Notes under the pieces: model-generated | Told to the model about the DNA's origin: nothing | Seen by the model: only the letters and a program-made list of their open reading frames with translations | Database searches by the model: none | Source: Desulfatiglandales bacterium | GTDB taxonomy: Bacteria > Desulfobacterota > DSM-4660 > Desulfatiglandales > Desulfatiglandaceae | DNA: 64,000 nt | Direction: 5' to 3' | NCBI GenBank assembly: GCA_963666345.1 | Contig: OY762721.1 | Span: forward strand, 1,824,001-1,888,000 | Made by a program: the position numbers and the translations under genes | In this document: positions 63,297-64,000 of the stretch, one piece after another | How the letters are laid out: every line of letters begins with the position of its first letter | Numbering within the stretch: position 1 is the first letter of the stretch

Positions 63297-64000
63297 TCAA
63301 CTGCCGTTAAGCGACCAGTCATAATCGAGATATTTCACCCTGATTTTATCCCTGCCCTCATCCAGCGCCTTTTTCAAATCTCCTTCTGCGTAAGGCAGGA
63401 AAAACCTGGGGATATCATCGTTAAAATCCTCTTTAAACCAGTCAAATATCTTGCTTACATGGAGGGTATCACCCTCAAGACGGTTCATTTCCGGATCATT
63501 TATAAAGGATCTGGTCGCATCATCCAGCTGCGCCTCAAGTATTTCACCCTCATAAGGCTCGCCTCTCAGGGGAGGGCAGCTCCTGAATGCGCAGTTTATT
63601 GCAAAATGCACACGAGGGTCATTGAAGTCCTTGCGAAGTATCTCATGCTCTATCTCATCGAGACTTTTCAGGTCCCCGTCTATACGGCAGATCTTTTTCT
63701 TCCAGGGGCTCCTCAAAAACGATCCCAGCTCCTTTATCGACTCAACACCCGGGTATCCGGTCAGGATAAGTTTTATTGTCCAGGCATTGTAGGCGTTTAC
63801 GTAAAAGGCAAACCGCGATTCCTTCGAAAGGGCCTCAGGACTTACCTCTTCCAGCACCATTAGATATCGGTCCAGCACCTCTTCGTCTTTCTTCAGTCCG
63901 CTGTAATCGACAAGGCCGTCCTTTACATATCTTTTGAGCAGTTCCGCATAGAGGCTGTTGTCAGCCGCCCCTTTGGCAGGGCACTCTCCGGCGCAGAAAA
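63297..64000 (-). CDS. DUF547 domain protein (5' end beyond window)
   Basis: GLVDY, AFYVNAYNA, DPRVHFAINCA..SCP, SKIFDWF and YDWSLN. The frame stays open to the window edge. Confidence 0.9.
   Translation of the reverse strand, partial: FCAGECPAKGAADNSLYAELLKRYVKDGLVDYSGLKKDEEVLDRYLMVLEEVSPEALSKESRFAFYVNAYNAWTIKLILTGYPGVESIKELGSFLRSPWKKKICRIDGDLKSLDEIEHEILRKDFNDPRVHFAINCAFRSCPPLRGEPYEGEILEAQLDDATRSFINDPEMNRLEGDTLHVSKIFDWFKEDFNDDIPRFFLPYAEGDLKKALDEGRDKIRVKYLDYDWSLNGS

Overview
Bacterial chromosomal segment. Gene content suggests an anaerobic deltaproteobacterium (Desulfobacterota-like); this is an inference. 1-12 kb holds housekeeping and miscellaneous genes: PHP/HisJ phosphatase, eno, GT9, cupin, pgk-like, purN-like, cNMP-PilZ, beta-CASP nuclease, KamA, WbqC and DUF3786. 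12-28 kb is a dense signalling island with 5 histidine kinases, 5 stand-alone receivers, one NtrC-type sigma-54 activator, a CBS/ACT protein and a DASS transporter. 28-46 kb carries two NuoEF-coupled formate dehydrogenase operons. Each catalytic subunit is a selenoprotein split at an in-frame TGA in the ORF track. A formate channel, small accessory genes and a further HK/RR pair lie in the same region. 46-64 kb holds a HEAT protein, a fused TIGR04282/04283-type glycosyltransferase, cstA, pdxK, DUF368, DUF4301, a class IV aminotransferase, an EamA transporter, gnd-zwf-pgl, a flavin disulfide reductase and DUF547. Features not explained by the ORF track: (i) four sigma-54 promoters sharing one upstream activator motif, which may link the signalling island to FDH operon 1; (ii) a 45-aa membrane ORF; (iii) two dispersed structured repeat families, a 158-bp REP/RIP-like element with a central IHF consensus and a ~200-bp long-hairpin element. 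No rRNA, tRNA, CRISPR array or transposase was seen. All family calls come from motif recognition by eye, not database searches.
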